A stretch of DNA of 64,000 nt from Lingula anatina (taxonomy: Eukaryota; Animalia; Brachiopoda): the NCBI GenBank assembly GCA_051362555.1, contig CM120645.1:1364001-1428000 (forward strand). Reading direction: 5' to 3'. Position 1 is the stretch's first letter. Every line of letters begins with the position of its first letter. This document shows, piece after piece, positions 39,206-51,717 of this stretch. Made by a program: the position numbers and the translations under genes. The notes beneath the pieces are model-generated. The model did not search any database. It was given only the letters and a program-made list of their open reading frames with translations, and was not told where the DNA came from.

Positions 39206-39689
39206 ATGGCAACAACCCTAGGGACAAACGGCTGCTCCGAATGGGATAATTTGTGCATTTTGATTTCTAATTATGCCCTGGTGGCTTTGCAAGATGTTCT
39301 TCACAAAGAGCTTCAGACAGTGTATCCCGAACTATTTGACCCAAACACGGGGTTGCTGAAGAAAGTGCTAGGTGATAAAACTGTCAGGGACAAACTCTTT
39401 GGATTGCCACCAAGGGTATTAAACCAACACCAGCGAAACCAGCTGTATCCTGGTGGGAATCCCTCCACATCAGTAACTGTTGGTGACTTAGACCTCACAC
39501 TGATTGTGCTTTTGCTAAGGAACATCACCTCGTTTAGGGCACATTTCTCAGGTCTCAAGTCCAATCTGCTGTCTCTCTTTAGTAAATTCACCAGTGGGGA
39601 TTATGAACTTGATGTTACCTTACTAGATTACGTACAGAACATTGTAAACCTTAGATTGGCACATGATCAATCTTTTGAAGTCATTAAAG
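39206..39689 (+). CDS. NLR-like gene exon 1: DZIP3-type HEPN-like domain (internally shortened)
   Basis: N...L......AL..VL, Q...LYP and DLDLTLIVLLLRNI motifs. Acceptor ctccag at 39170, ATG at 39206, phase-1 donor AAAG|gtatgt. Confidence 0.75.
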
Positions 39690-39906
39690 GTATGTATTCA
39701 ATGCTTTTATATGTTTCCCTGAAATCAGGTTTACAATAAATTGCCTTTATGGTTCACATTTGTCTAAAAGGAACGTGTTTTAATTAATTTCCATTATTCC
39801 TCTTGTGATTGGATGAGTAGTTAGTAATGACAGTGTCATCAGCGACATATAGCTGCAAAAAATCCTTTTTAAATATCTTACATCTTGAGACCTCATTCTT
39901 TTACAG

Positions 39907-39975
39907 GAATTCAAGAAAAGGTTCAGATGATTTGTGACTGGGTTCAAGATACGCCCACACTAGAAGAAAATCCAG
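39907..39975 (+). CDS. NLR-like gene exon 2 (linker)
   Basis: ttttacag|...CCAG|gtagg, 69 nt, phase 1-1, open frame GIQEKVQMICDWVQDTPTLEENP. Confidence 0.7.
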
Positions 39976-40544
39976 GTAGGCTAATGTGTATAGTTCAGAA
40001 AAAGTTAGAGAACAACCGCCATCTAAGATACAAAGCTTTGAACCATGCATACTGTTATTAAAACAATTCTAAGAATGACAGTTCTAAGTCAAGTTAATCT
40101 TTCTGTATTGGATGAAATTTCTACTCCCACTGTGTTACAATAAAAAATTGCAGTTGCGAAAAGTGATGATTATGATTATTTGAGGGAAGGGGGTGAAATA
40201 TCTAAAGACATTGGGTAAAATTGTTTGGCTTCCCAAATACCAGGGCCTATATCCGGGTGAAAACTGAAGCTCTGATGGATAGATAGCATGCTACACGGTA
40301 TATTGCTTTATTGAGAATAATATCATGGTTAATCCCCAAAAATTCTACGCACAGTGCATTCGTGCGTAACCTGGTTACGCCCTTGCGCTTTGCGATCATT
40401 CACGTGAATCAATGTAAAGCTGGCAATTCATATGAAAGGGTTTTTCTTTGTATGCAAATTGCCATGGTCAGGGTAAGTATGTCGATACAAGTACGTGTAT
40501 TGTGTACAGCAAAACACATTGATCATATGTTAATTCTGACCGGA

Positions 40545-40690
40545 TGACCCTGTGTTTAGAATGTCCGCCTCCGGATCTGGAGGACGTGGGTTCGACCCCG
40601 TCAAGGGACATGCCAGCCCTCCCCAGGGAGGTGAGAGCGACAACTTAGAGTGTGCAATAGGGCCAAAATGACCAGGCTTCCTTTGACTTG
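40545..40690 (+). mobile_element. tRNA-derived SINE-like head
   Basis: B-box-like GGTTCGACCCC at ~40589, preceded by a stem cctccggatctggagg. No complete cloverleaf. Confidence 0.45.
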
Positions 40691-41536
40691 TGTTTTAAAT
40701 AAAATATATATGTATGATTTTAACCCTCGGATCATGCAGCAATACAGCCAAGGGAAAAATAGATATCTTTTTAAAAATGATATTGTAACAAAAGTAGTAA
40801 TAACACAGTACAAGAAGATCATATAAATCAAAGTGCAGTTTTGTGTACTACGCAAAAAGTGCATTCACCGTGGTAGGCTCTCAAATGGAGTGACCTCCCC
40901 CCTCCCTCCCGCCTTTGCATACAGTTATCATTTTCGGAGTGGTTATACCACAAAATATACATGTTATATACCAAAGAACATTTTAACCATTTTCTTTTTA
41001 AAGTGGTTTAAGAATGCAATATGTGTTTTCTGCATAATAGTACGTCATTTACAACTCGAATTAAATATTTATGGAATATGCAAGAAAACTACACAGCCCC
41101 TTTGGCATTTCAAATAATGACCTTGACACTGGGGTGTGTGTGTGAAATAATCAATCTGTTGTTTAACTTTTGATCACATTGTAAATTTGCACGCAATTCT
41201 CTCTTTCATAGTTGTACAGGATTTGCAATTCCACACTGGAGAATTTGATTGCAGTTTAGCAGAGTCCAGAATATGTGATGATCGTCATGTTATCATATCA
41301 TAATTATATCCATTTAAACGGTGTATATACAAGGGGTACGAAAGTAATGGTTTGATAGCAGTAAAATGATCGACAAGTTAAATTTTTTTCATATTGAAGA
41401 ATACACAATGGCAAACCATTTTAAATAACAAATTACCAGTTATCGGTGTGTGTGAACTGAAAACGTTACGTGGCGTTGGCATGTGGAGTTTGTGCATGTA
41501 TTGATGCTATTTCAACAGAATAATTTTCTTTTGCAG

Positions 41537-41574
41537 GCAAAAAACAAAAAAGTAAACCAGATACCACCTATCAG
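41537..41574 (+). CDS. NLR-like gene exon 3 (38-nt linker)
   Basis: ttttgcag|GC...TATCAG|gtacg. Converts phase 1 to phase 0, which is what exon 4 requires. Reads GKKQKSKPDTTYQ. Confidence 0.65.
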
Positions 41575-42601
41575 GTACGCTCAGAACTTTATTCCTTTAC
41601 TGTGTTCTCAGCACTTATGTCTAAATGATAATGTTAAACATTATGTACGTTAGAACTCTCCTCGTCGTTTTGCCCACTTTTCCAAGATCATATACTAGCA
41701 TGTTGATGATAAGTCCGTATGTACTAGTGTATTGGACCCTATGCATTTGGACGTGTGCTATATTGCATTGCAGAAGTTCAATCAATGTTATTCTAAAACT
41801 TATTTATATTAAGACCGGTCATGTATTTTTGTTGATTTACCCAATTTTTTCATTTGTGTTGTACTGTGATTAAGCTTATATTGACATATCTTATTGAGCT
41901 TTTCAAATTATCTTGAAGATAATAACTTATATTTTACCTTATCCCACCAGTCTACTATTGCTTTCTGACTTTTTTCATCTCAAGTAAGGGCACATTAAGC
42001 AGGTATAATAATATAATAATAATAATAATGAAAATATAAAATTTCATATGCAGCCTTTTATTTTTAATTCATTAACCGATTTTCAGGCACCTGCAATTAG
42101 TCCAACTGCTTGCAGTAGTAAAAACTTTCTGCATTAAATACATGAGTCAAATACGGCGTCTTCCCTGGGACCCCGGGAGGGTGGTGGTGGTGGGGGGGGG
42201 GGGTATCCACAGAGGCTCCTGTATACTTGTGCTAGTAATTCATGATGAGTACAGGGACGGATAAAGCAAAATGTTTCAGTTTCAGTTCAGTGAGGTTTAT
42301 TATTCAACTTTTTATGTTAAATCACCTACCTATATTGTTGTAATTAGCATTTGTGTGGCAATGTTTTATTTAACTTTTATTTGGTTTTGATATACGGTGT
42401 ACATTATACATGTTTCCACTGAAATATATCTTATTTAGATTTTCATAATAAATGTTGCCTGTCCCTATACTTTTCCAACATTATTTGAAATAAAAACACG
42501 GCGCGAGCAAGATAATGCCTTTCATTTCAGTTGAAGGTTGCATTTTGCCTCTTATATTACCTAGCTAAATATAAAACCTTGGATGTGTTATCTATTTTAA
42601 G

Positions 42602-44249
42602 GTGCCTAAAACGAGTCCTGCAGAGTCAAAAAACAAGCAACTAGCCGAATTCTACATCCGTCACTTGAGCGAGATACAGCGTCTTCCGTGGGACCCCGAC
42701 GACACCGAGCACTTAGATGACGTGTATGTTAACCTGCAGTGGGTAAGAGAGGAAAGGAGACCTGAAGGTGCCAATTTTGTTCCAATCCAGAGCTACACTT
42801 CAATGTTTAAAGATACCAAACAAGGAAAAATGCCAAAAAGAATATTGGTCAAAGGAGAAGCAGGCACCGGCAAAACCACATTTACACAAAAGATGGCAAC
42901 AGACTGGGCAAATGATACACTGGGTTTAAAAGAATGTGATGAAGTATTTTCAAACTTTAAATACCTTTTAATTTTGAATCTGCGTAGGATTCTGCCTCAT
43001 CAGACACTGAAGGAAGCAATGGAAATGCAAATTCCTTGTTTTGCAGAAAGGAAAGCAGTGATAAATGAAGTCATGCAGGCCCTAGACTATGACAGTGACC
43101 ATGTTCTATTGGTCTTTGATGGCTATGATGAATATGATATCAACACTTCCAAAGAAATCACAGACATCATTCACCGCAGACGATACCAGGATGTATGCAC
43201 CATCATCACAACACGTCCTTGGAAGGCAGAACGACTAATGAACCCACGAATAATAGACGGTTTGTATGATATCATTGGGCTGACATTGGACAACATTGCT
43301 GAATATATTTCTAAATTCTTTGATGATCAAAAGACATATGACAAGTACCTGAAACTGACGTCAGGCCAGAGATCCTGTTCTAGGAGTCCGGGTGTTTTGA
43401 AGTCAATAGGGAAGGGTCTTGTAGGCTACATAGTAGAAAATGAGCTGATGTCTCTGGTGAAGATCCCAATACATCTACTGTTCATCTGTCTCATGTGGCA
43501 AGATAAAAAAAGCGATGCCCAGACAGATTCATTGCCAACTTCATATACACTACTATACAAGAAAATAATACAGTTGCTTTTAAGACAAAGATATAACATT
43601 AGGAAACAGGATGAAATGGGAGAATCTGCTCGTTTTAGAAAATTTGAAGAACAAACCTTTATCAGCCTTGGAAAACTGGCTTACGACGGGCTGGTGAAAC
43701 CAGATAGGGGTCTCATATATGATGAAAAGGACCTGCAGACAATCCCTAATGTCAGCGAATTGTACAGATCAGGTCTCCTCAGCATATCAAAGGTACACCA
43801 CAACCTCGATATTAAATGTGAAGTGACATTTCTGCACAGAACCTTTCAAGAGTTTTTTGCTGCAAAATACCTGGCGTGGACTTTAGATACAGACAACAGC
43901 GTTTTAGATATGTTTTTGGAAAGTTTAGACACCCTTGACAAGCTCTATGACATGGACTTAGTGCTGCTATTTTTGTGTGGGCTCTCTTACAGTGCAACTA
44001 CAGTAGTTTTAAACTGGGCTACACACGTGGCACGGAAGACAATACCTGCATATTCTTTCCCAAAACAAGATTTTTCAGAGAGTCAACTCACATTGGGGTT
44101 CGTCATCTGGTGTTTTGGACTCTGCGAAGAACACTGCTGTGTCTACCTTCCCCGGGGAAAACACTTTTACCCTGAGCTAACCTCCTGGTCTGAGAAACTT
44201 ACAAAGTTTGTACAACTCCGGAAAGAAGGGGCATCCGTTTTAGTTCCAG
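42602..44249 (+). CDS. NLR-like gene exon 4: NACHT NTPase with winged-helix/HD2
   Basis: LDDVYVNL, Walker A GEAGTGKTT, Walker B LLVFDGYDE, IITTRP, KIPIHLLFICLMW, LGKLAYDGL, FLHRTFQEFFAAKYL. Acceptor ttttaag and phase-1 donor CCAG|gtatgt. Confidence 0.93.
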
Positions 44250-46885
44250 GTATGTTTAATACCAATAATGATTAAAGGTGCACGTCCATTTTTATAATTC
44301 TTGTCTCCAAACATCTGTTTAATGGATTGAAAACACGCTTTTATTGTGAGGAAGTGGCGCAATTACGAAATTCAATTGCTGTTTATGCCGAACATTTGAT
44401 ATACCTCGACATTGTTTAATAGTATATTAATCAGGCGGCTAATTATCATAATTAACGAGGGTAGTGCTCGTTTCGGTGAAATCTGGATGTACAAAGAAGC
44501 TGACCCAGCATATTAAAGCCGCTCATCCAGGTACTTATAAATTTCGGCCCTACAGGGGGTATCCAAAGCTGACAATCACCCAATGATCATTCATTGTAGA
44601 AAGTTTCATACTTTTATCAACTTTCGCACAATTCTGGTAATTGTTCTCTAAGCTTCAGATTCAACACCCATCAGGTTTTTGTTTTCTAAATTTCTATAAA
44701 TGGCACATTAATTTGATAATTGACGAGTAGGCATTCGTGGAATAAAAAAAACCTGAAGACAAAAGGAGCTAACTCTCATTTTTCAAAAAGTGGTTTCTAA
44801 ACCACAGAAGGTCACCGCTTTATTTTCAACATTGAAAGTGGAAGCAACCCAATATGATAATCCTCCTTCATCCTCCAGAAAAATAATGCTATGTAATCCT
44901 TAGTCTTCTTTCTATTGTATTTCATCCAATCAGTGGCTTCAAATCCGCCACACACACCTTCATCGATGGTAGGTGTCAGCCAAGTAGTGGAGACTCAGCA
45001 TCTGAGTCCATCATCAACAGAAGAGGAAATTACACAGACTATATGTACAGAGTCTACTGCTATCAGTGTTGATGTGGGACCCAGAGCAGGTACAGATTTA
45101 TAATGCGTGTTTGTGTGTAAAAAGGTACAGTGTACAATAAGGTACCAAAGGCTGATTATAAGATGGATCAAATTACTCGCATTTAACAATAAGATTCAGA
45201 ACTGGAAGAACTTTGATTTGTGCATATTTTACTTGACAACCTGGTTTTAATTATTGCTTTGATTTCAGCTTTGGGTCACAGAACAGAAAAGTACATAGTT
45301 TTAACCAAAGACCAGTATCTTTGAAAATCTATTTAATTTTTTTAATTTTAAATTATCTGTGACACTGGTAAAGTGTAAATGTTGGTTGTTCTACTTATAC
45401 ATGTATATATTACTAATGTAATTGTCAATCACATTTCCTCTGGTTCGCGGCATTCCTATGGACCACTGTTCCTTAGGATTAGTAGTCCTAATGGGACCTG
45501 TATTCCTGTCATAAATATGGATAGGACTTCTATTCCTGGCGGACCTGCATTCCGTTTACATTAGTCAGCGAAATGGAGGTCTGCCCTTATTTTATGTCCG
45601 TCCTTTTATATCACTACGAGGTAAAGGCCAGTGACGTGACTAGTATGCCTTAGTGAGCATATATAATTACTCCGTAAAATCGTCGGTTTGCCAGTTGTCT
45701 CTATGCCAGTCTCTCTGGCGTAGGGGTTAGGCAGTACAACAATGTACACCTTGAACAGAATCTTAGAGTAATCTGAAGGGAGTTCGAATCCCTTTAAGAC
45801 TGAGTTTGCGCTTTTAGAATTTGCGTGATTTTTATGTCTTTGTCATGTTTGCTGGTCATTTTACTTTGCTACGTCAGATGGTTTTGACTGGTTACATATG
45901 TCACGCGCTTTCTTGCACTTCTATAAATACGCTCATTTTCTTATACCATACCCTCACTTGACTTTGGACATGTAAGGGACGAACAGCACCCGTACTAGAC
46001 CCAACATAGATGTTATATTTTAATACCTTCAAGAGGGCACACATCCGATAGGCACAACACCGACACAGAAAGAGTAATTCGAAGAACTAGCAAGTCGAAT
46101 TATAAAGTAAGCTTTCAATTACAGTTAATTTTCATGATGTTCAAAATACAAATCATTTCCAATATTAGCTTACACACAGACATTCATTCCCAGTAATGTA
46201 AGTCCGTCAGACCTATGCTCCCGGAATAAGTGTCCGGGGGACTACAATCTCTGGTATTTAAGGTCCGGGGGACTACAATTTAAGGGATTTTAGGTCTGGG
46301 GGACCACTCCCTCTAGGATTTTGGGTCCGAGGACAAATACTTATTATTGCTTTTCTCAGTCAAACTTTACTTACAGAAGAAAGGTTCTGTCATTAATTTT
46401 AATTTATTAATATATATAATAGTGTAATAATCATTTCCGATTGAACATGGCAAGCTATTTTATAAAGTAAATAAGAGGAAAGTGAAAGCGTCTCGGATGA
46501 AGGACAATGCAGTTCTGGTGATGGTCATGATGATCAACTTTGGCGAATAGTCGTAAGGGACGGAGAGGAAGTAGAGAAAGTTTTGGAAACACTTCATGCA
46601 TCCCCCATTGGTAAATATTTATTTTAATTATTGATTAAAAATATCAGTTACCACAAAATCAAATTCTTTGTTTTTTATCGTTTATTCCTGACACTGAAAA
46701 TATTTAAGTGTGTATCAAAAGCGATTACTTTCAATTACTTTGTTTAAAATTTAGGTGGTCATGAAGGTTGGGGCAAAACTCTTGTCAAAGTTGAGAAAAG
46801 TTTTTTTTTGGCCCAACATAGTTGACGATATTAAAAAATTCCTCTAAAAATGTGACATATGTCAACGAGTGAACAAACAAACAAA

Positions 46886-46917
<32 letters not shown>

Positions 46918-48841
46918 AAAAAAAAAAAAAAAAACGGCTGTCCACCGCTTAACCCCATAGCCGTGCATAAGCCTGAGGCGTGGAGGATGGTAAACAAGAC
47001 ATACCTATTCATCTAATAATCTAGTCATTTTTATCAGTAACATTGATATAGAAAAAATCATATTTTTATCACTATACCTTTTAAAGATATAAATCTTAAG
47101 ATTTGGAAATCAGATGTCTTTAATTTTGCAGTTATTTAAACAATTAAATTCTACAAATTTAGAGTTAAATCAAAAATGAAATATTGTTTTTTTAATTTTT
47201 ATAGATTGGCATTGAACCCATGCCTCAGACCAAAACGGGCAATGCATATGCATGCACTGTTATGTGCTATTATAGCAAACTGGCCCAGGCACGCGCATTG
47301 CCCAGTAAGGAGGCGACAGGTGTGGCCAGTTTTCTTTTGGAACTGTTTTTACGTAAGTGTCGCATTTTAGGCATATTAAGATTGATTCATAAACATCGAT
47401 TGATTGCACCATTATATGTGTAAGTTATTGATTTATATAATTAACTAAAATAATACTTACTTCATGTCATATGTCATTATAAAGTAATATATCCGCAAAA
47501 TCTCATACAGAGTGAGTTGTTAACTGAACAATCATGATCAAGTGTTTTTTTTTCGGCTTAGGATTTCCCAAGGAAATGTGAACTGACCAGGGAAGGGAGT
47601 TTAACAACAATTGGTTACATTCCATAACCACATCCCTCAAAATTAAACACAAGAGAACCACAGCTTACCATCCTCAATGCAATGGTCCCACTGGTATGTT
47701 TTATTGATATTCTTTAATAAACACATTTTATACATGTTTGTAATGCCATATATTGTCACTTATTTTAGCCCACAATTTAGGTAAGGGTTAGATTGGCCAT
47801 TTTATATAATACAGGTACATACTTTATCATGCCTTCTATACAAGTTTTCAGTTTGGTGAGATGAGTGAATGTTCTTCTATAACATTTATGTATTGGATGA
47901 ATTTTATGATTTATCCTTTTTTCCAGAACGTTTTAACCAAACCATGAAGGACATGCTGTTAAAGTATACCAGGATGATCACCACTGGGACGAAGTTTTGG
48001 GGGATGTTGTCTTTGCGTATAATACGTCCATCCATGCATCGACTCGGTTTTCCCCTTTTTATCTGATGTTTGGGAGATAAAGAGGAATTTTTAATTTTCT
48101 TCACCATAAATATTGAATTATTTGGCGTTTTGTTAAAGATTATATCCACATATTTTTTTCAATGATGTAAGTAATATTGAACAGTGTCGTCTTTTTATTA
48201 TAGGTTATCTCGGATGGATATAATAAATAAAATTTAAGGAAAGGGTAACTGTACATAGAATTAAAATTTATTTTGGCTCTAGAGAACCTGAGCTACCAAC
48301 AACAGATGTGTGCATAAGTGATGGAGAAGAGGGTAAGGAAGTGCCAGGGCCAAGTGGCATAAATGTGCCGACTGTTTCTGATTGTCAAAAAGAAGTGGAA
48401 AACCCAGCAGGCATAGTTGCGTTGGATCAATGTTGAAAACAGGTTGATACGTTGAATTGCCGTTGATCTACCTAAATTCAAAGTAAAACAACGTTGATCC
48501 AGCCACGTCGAAACACCGTCATAATGTGACGTTGACTCAACGTTGTATTTTGGTCAATGACACAACCTTGCAGTTATGGATTATGATTTAAAATATTAAT
48601 TATTGAAAACGTGATACTTTGTTAATCAATACTGTAACTAAATTTATCAATATAATAACAAAATGGTTTTAAAGTAAAATTGATAGTTGTTTTATGTCTT
48701 TAGTTAACTAGTGAATTTTCTTAACTTGTTATTCAGAAATACATTCCAATAAACTTAATTCCTTGCAAGGTCAGCTAGGATGAATAAGTTGCTGTAAATG
48801 TGATGGAGTTCGATAGACAGGGTGAGGTGACTGTGACTTTG

Positions 48842-48911
<70 letters not shown>

Positions 48912-48916
<5 letters not shown>

Positions 48917-50167
48917 GTAAAAACGTTTTTTCCTGTTCGAGTAATATTATATATAAATAAAAGAAAAAAAGAACAAAAGAACAGCAACTATTTTTGCCCC
49001 GACCGGTTTCTTTCTTTCTTCAGGGGGTTTTGTTTATTTGTTACTAGGTGATGTCATAAAGGCTAAAATGTGACGTCTGTAACAATGGGTGTTTAATTGT
49101 TACTTTTACCAATGCTTTTATCTATTCAATGTAGGTTTATACTTATTAATGAATAGATTTTCTTTCATTTCCATTTCTGTTTGGGTTGTTTCCCTAGTGA
49201 ATTTATAAAATGGGAATACCGTGAAGTCCTTGTTTTTGTTCATAGGGCATTCCCTAATATGCCCACTCACAGACGTGCACTGATATTTAGGTTGTCTTAT
49301 TTGTTGTCTGTGAACGGTCATTCTATGTCGGAGAGTGTCTCCAGTTTGTCCTATATAGTTCTCACCGCATCCACTGCAAGTTAAAACATAAATTAAACTT
49401 GAGCTAGTGCAGGTGAATGGGTGTTTAATTCTAAAAGTAAGTCCATTTTTAAATGTTAGATGGCTCCCCTCTTTAATTAGTGGGCAGGTGCCACACCTGG
49501 GTACCTCACATTTCTGTACTCGTATTGTTGAGGTTTCCACATTTGTCCTGGAATTGTTCTCAAATTTTGCTTTTGTTAAAATTTGCTTTAATGATGGACT
49601 TTGTCTCTTACTCTTTATAATCTGCATTTCGGTTAGTATCTCATTCATTTTGTCATCTTGTTTTACCAAAGGTAAGTTTCCAAATATGACATTGTGTACT
49701 TCCGGATTTTTTGGATTATATGTTGATATGTATGGTATGGCTTTCTTTTTAATTTTGTCTTTGGTGGTCCTCAGGTCGTTCTTCGGTATCTGTTTTGCCT
49801 TTTTAATCCCATTTTGTATCAGTTGTCTTGGGTATTGTCTCCTTAATAGGAATCCTTCCAGCTCTTTGAGCCTTTGTTTTAATATGGTTTCATTTGAGAC
49901 AATTGTGCATAGTCTTCGAGCTAGATTGTATGGTATGTTGTGCTTAATGTGTCTGGGATGACACGAGTTAAAAGGGAGATATTGTTTTGTGTCTGTTGTT
50001 TTGTAATACACATCTGTCTCATTGGTAAAAGTAACAATTAAACACCCATTGTTACAGACGTCACATTTTAGCCTTTATGATATCACCTAGTAACAAATAA
50101 ACAAAACCCCCTGAAGAGAGAAAGAAACCGTTCAGGGCAAAAAAAGTTGCTGTTCTTTTGTTCTTTT

Positions 50168-50170
<3 letters not shown>
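48912..50170 (-). mobile_element. 5'-truncated Penelope-like (Neptune-type) retroelement with an inverted pseudo-LTR
   Basis: Flanked on both sides by (TA)n. 48970-49114 is inverted at 50021-50165. Confidence 0.85.
49118..50011 (-). CDS. PLE RT C-terminus, Zn-finger linker and GIY-YIG endonuclease
   Basis: YYKTTDTKQYLPFNSCHP, KCEVPRCGTC, LIYVLTCSGCGENYIGQT, RMTVHR, E..FI.KY...LN. Confidence 0.9.
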   Translation of the reverse strand: MYYKTTDTKQYLPFNSCHPRHIKHNIPYNLARRLCTIVSNETILKQRLKELEGFLLRRQYPRQLIQNGIKKAKQIPKNDLRTTKDKIKKKAIPYISTYNPKNPEVHNVIFGNLPLVKQDDKMNEILTEMQIIKSKRQSPSLKQILTKAKFENNSRTNVETSTIRVQKCEVPRCGTCPLIKEGSHLTFKNGLTFRIKHPFTCTSSSLIYVLTCSGCGENYIGQTGDTLRHRMTVHRQQIRQPKYQCTSVSGHIRECPMNKNKDFTVFPFYKFTRETTQTEMEMKENLFINKYKPTLNR

Positions 50171-50232
<62 letters not shown>

Positions 50233-50999
50233 TTGGAAATTTTAACTTAAAGGGATAATAACTCTTTGTTTTGGCCAAAAAATGAATTTTCCTGGAGTAA
50301 ACAGCAATTTCCCCATACTTAATTATGGTTAATGAATCCATTTTTACATTTAAAGTTAGTCCCTGTGTTTTTTTTTTGTAAAAAGTTTGGCTTTTTGTTA
50401 AAATCTCTTAAGAGATTATAACTGAGTAGAGCTATCGATGGAGGTCACGTGATCTGAAGACAAGCTCAGACATCAGAATAATAGCTATAACTGCCGTTTT
50501 TTGAGTTGTTCACAATGTTTTTATTGTGAAATATAGCTATCACACGAAGAGTTATTATCCCCTAATTTCCCGCTGGGTGGGATTGATATAACATTGTTAT
50601 CTGAGGTTGACACAACTTTCAAATCCAACGTTTATCCAATGTGTTCTCAACGTTATTGTTCAACGTTGTTTCAACGTTAAAACAACATAATTTGCTCGCT
50701 GGGAAAAAGGGGTGGACACTATGAACAAGACAGTGGGAGAGGCAGCACTGAAAATATAAGAAAGGCACAACAAGAGCAAAAAAAAAGAAAAAAAAAAAAG
50801 AGATATGATGCTCGCCATTCTACAAATGAGGTAATACATTTCAGTGAGTGATCACTGCGTTTATTTTCTTTTTAATATATGTATATACATTACCAATAAA
50901 ACTTTTCTTTCACATATTACGACCGTTATAAGTACACCGTTTGCCTGAGGTTATGTATGCTTATTTTTTGCTCAATTTCCATTTTTATAAATTTTAATT

Positions 51000-51717
51000 C
51001 ATCATCATCATTTATCATCATTTAGAGCCTATAGTGTTCCACTGTTGGACAAAGGCCTCAGCATCCTTTTTCCATTGTTTCCTATCCTGAGCCTCAGATT
51101 TCCAGTTTGGCCAAGGTTTCTTCTTCTAAGACTTCCAGTAGTCATCTAATTCATCCCTCCATCGTTTGACCGGCCTTCCTCTTTTTCTTTGTCCATACCT
51201 TGGGGTCCACTCTGTAAGCCTGATTGTCCACCTACTGTCCTTCATTCTTTTGACATGTCCTGCCCACCTCCATTTCATTTCTTTAACTGTGAGCAGTACG
51301 TAACCATGCATTCGTTTTCCGCTCTCTTGGACTGATGTTCAACATAATCCTTTCCACCTTTCTCTGAGCTACTTGTAGCTTGTGTTCCATGGAGGCATCC
51401 AGTGTCCAGGTCTCTGAACCATAGGTGATTGCCGGCAGCACACAAGCATTGAACACTTTCTTTTTCAGGCAGGTAGGAAGGTTGCTCTTGAAGATGTCAT
51501 TGTGCTTCCCATATGCTGCCCATCCTGCTTTTATCCTTCGTTGGATTTCTTTCTCCAGTGTTCGGTCACTAAGGCTGAACCGTTGCCCAAGTTATATATA
51601 CTCCTCTACTGCTTCTATCTCTTTGGTGTTGACCTTCACTGTGCAAGGGGTGGTTAGTGGTCCAAACATCACCTTTGTCTTGCTGGTGTTCATCTTTAGC
51701 CCACTTTTTGCGCTTTT
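51000..51717 (-). mobile_element. RTE-clade LINE 3' fragment
   Basis: GLKMNTSKTKVM, TYGSETWTL, KWRWAGHVKR..D.RW, R.RGRP..RW.D motifs. (TGA)n tail and aattttaatt on both flanks. Confidence 0.88.

Larger units (their letters stand above)
48403..50703 (-). mobile_element. CACTA/EnSpm-like element, copy 3, inserted in a Ginger exon
   Basis: CCCAGCAGGCA...CGCTGGG termini and 2-bp TSD AA. Reverse complement of copy 2 plus an internal insert. Confidence 0.85.

Noticed and set aside
40545-40620. Possible tRNA gene
   Set aside because: A B-box is present but there is no acceptor stem or full cloverleaf, so it is treated as SINE-like.
46190-46335. gtccgggggac repeats as a regulatory array
   Set aside because: They resemble the GTCC/GGAC repeats at the Ginger ends and are best explained as transposon sequence.
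49407-49961. 184-aa plus-strand ORF, and the antisense ORFs over the NACHT, capsid and protease genes
   Set aside because: These are shadows of real coding frames on the other strand, with no motifs of their own.
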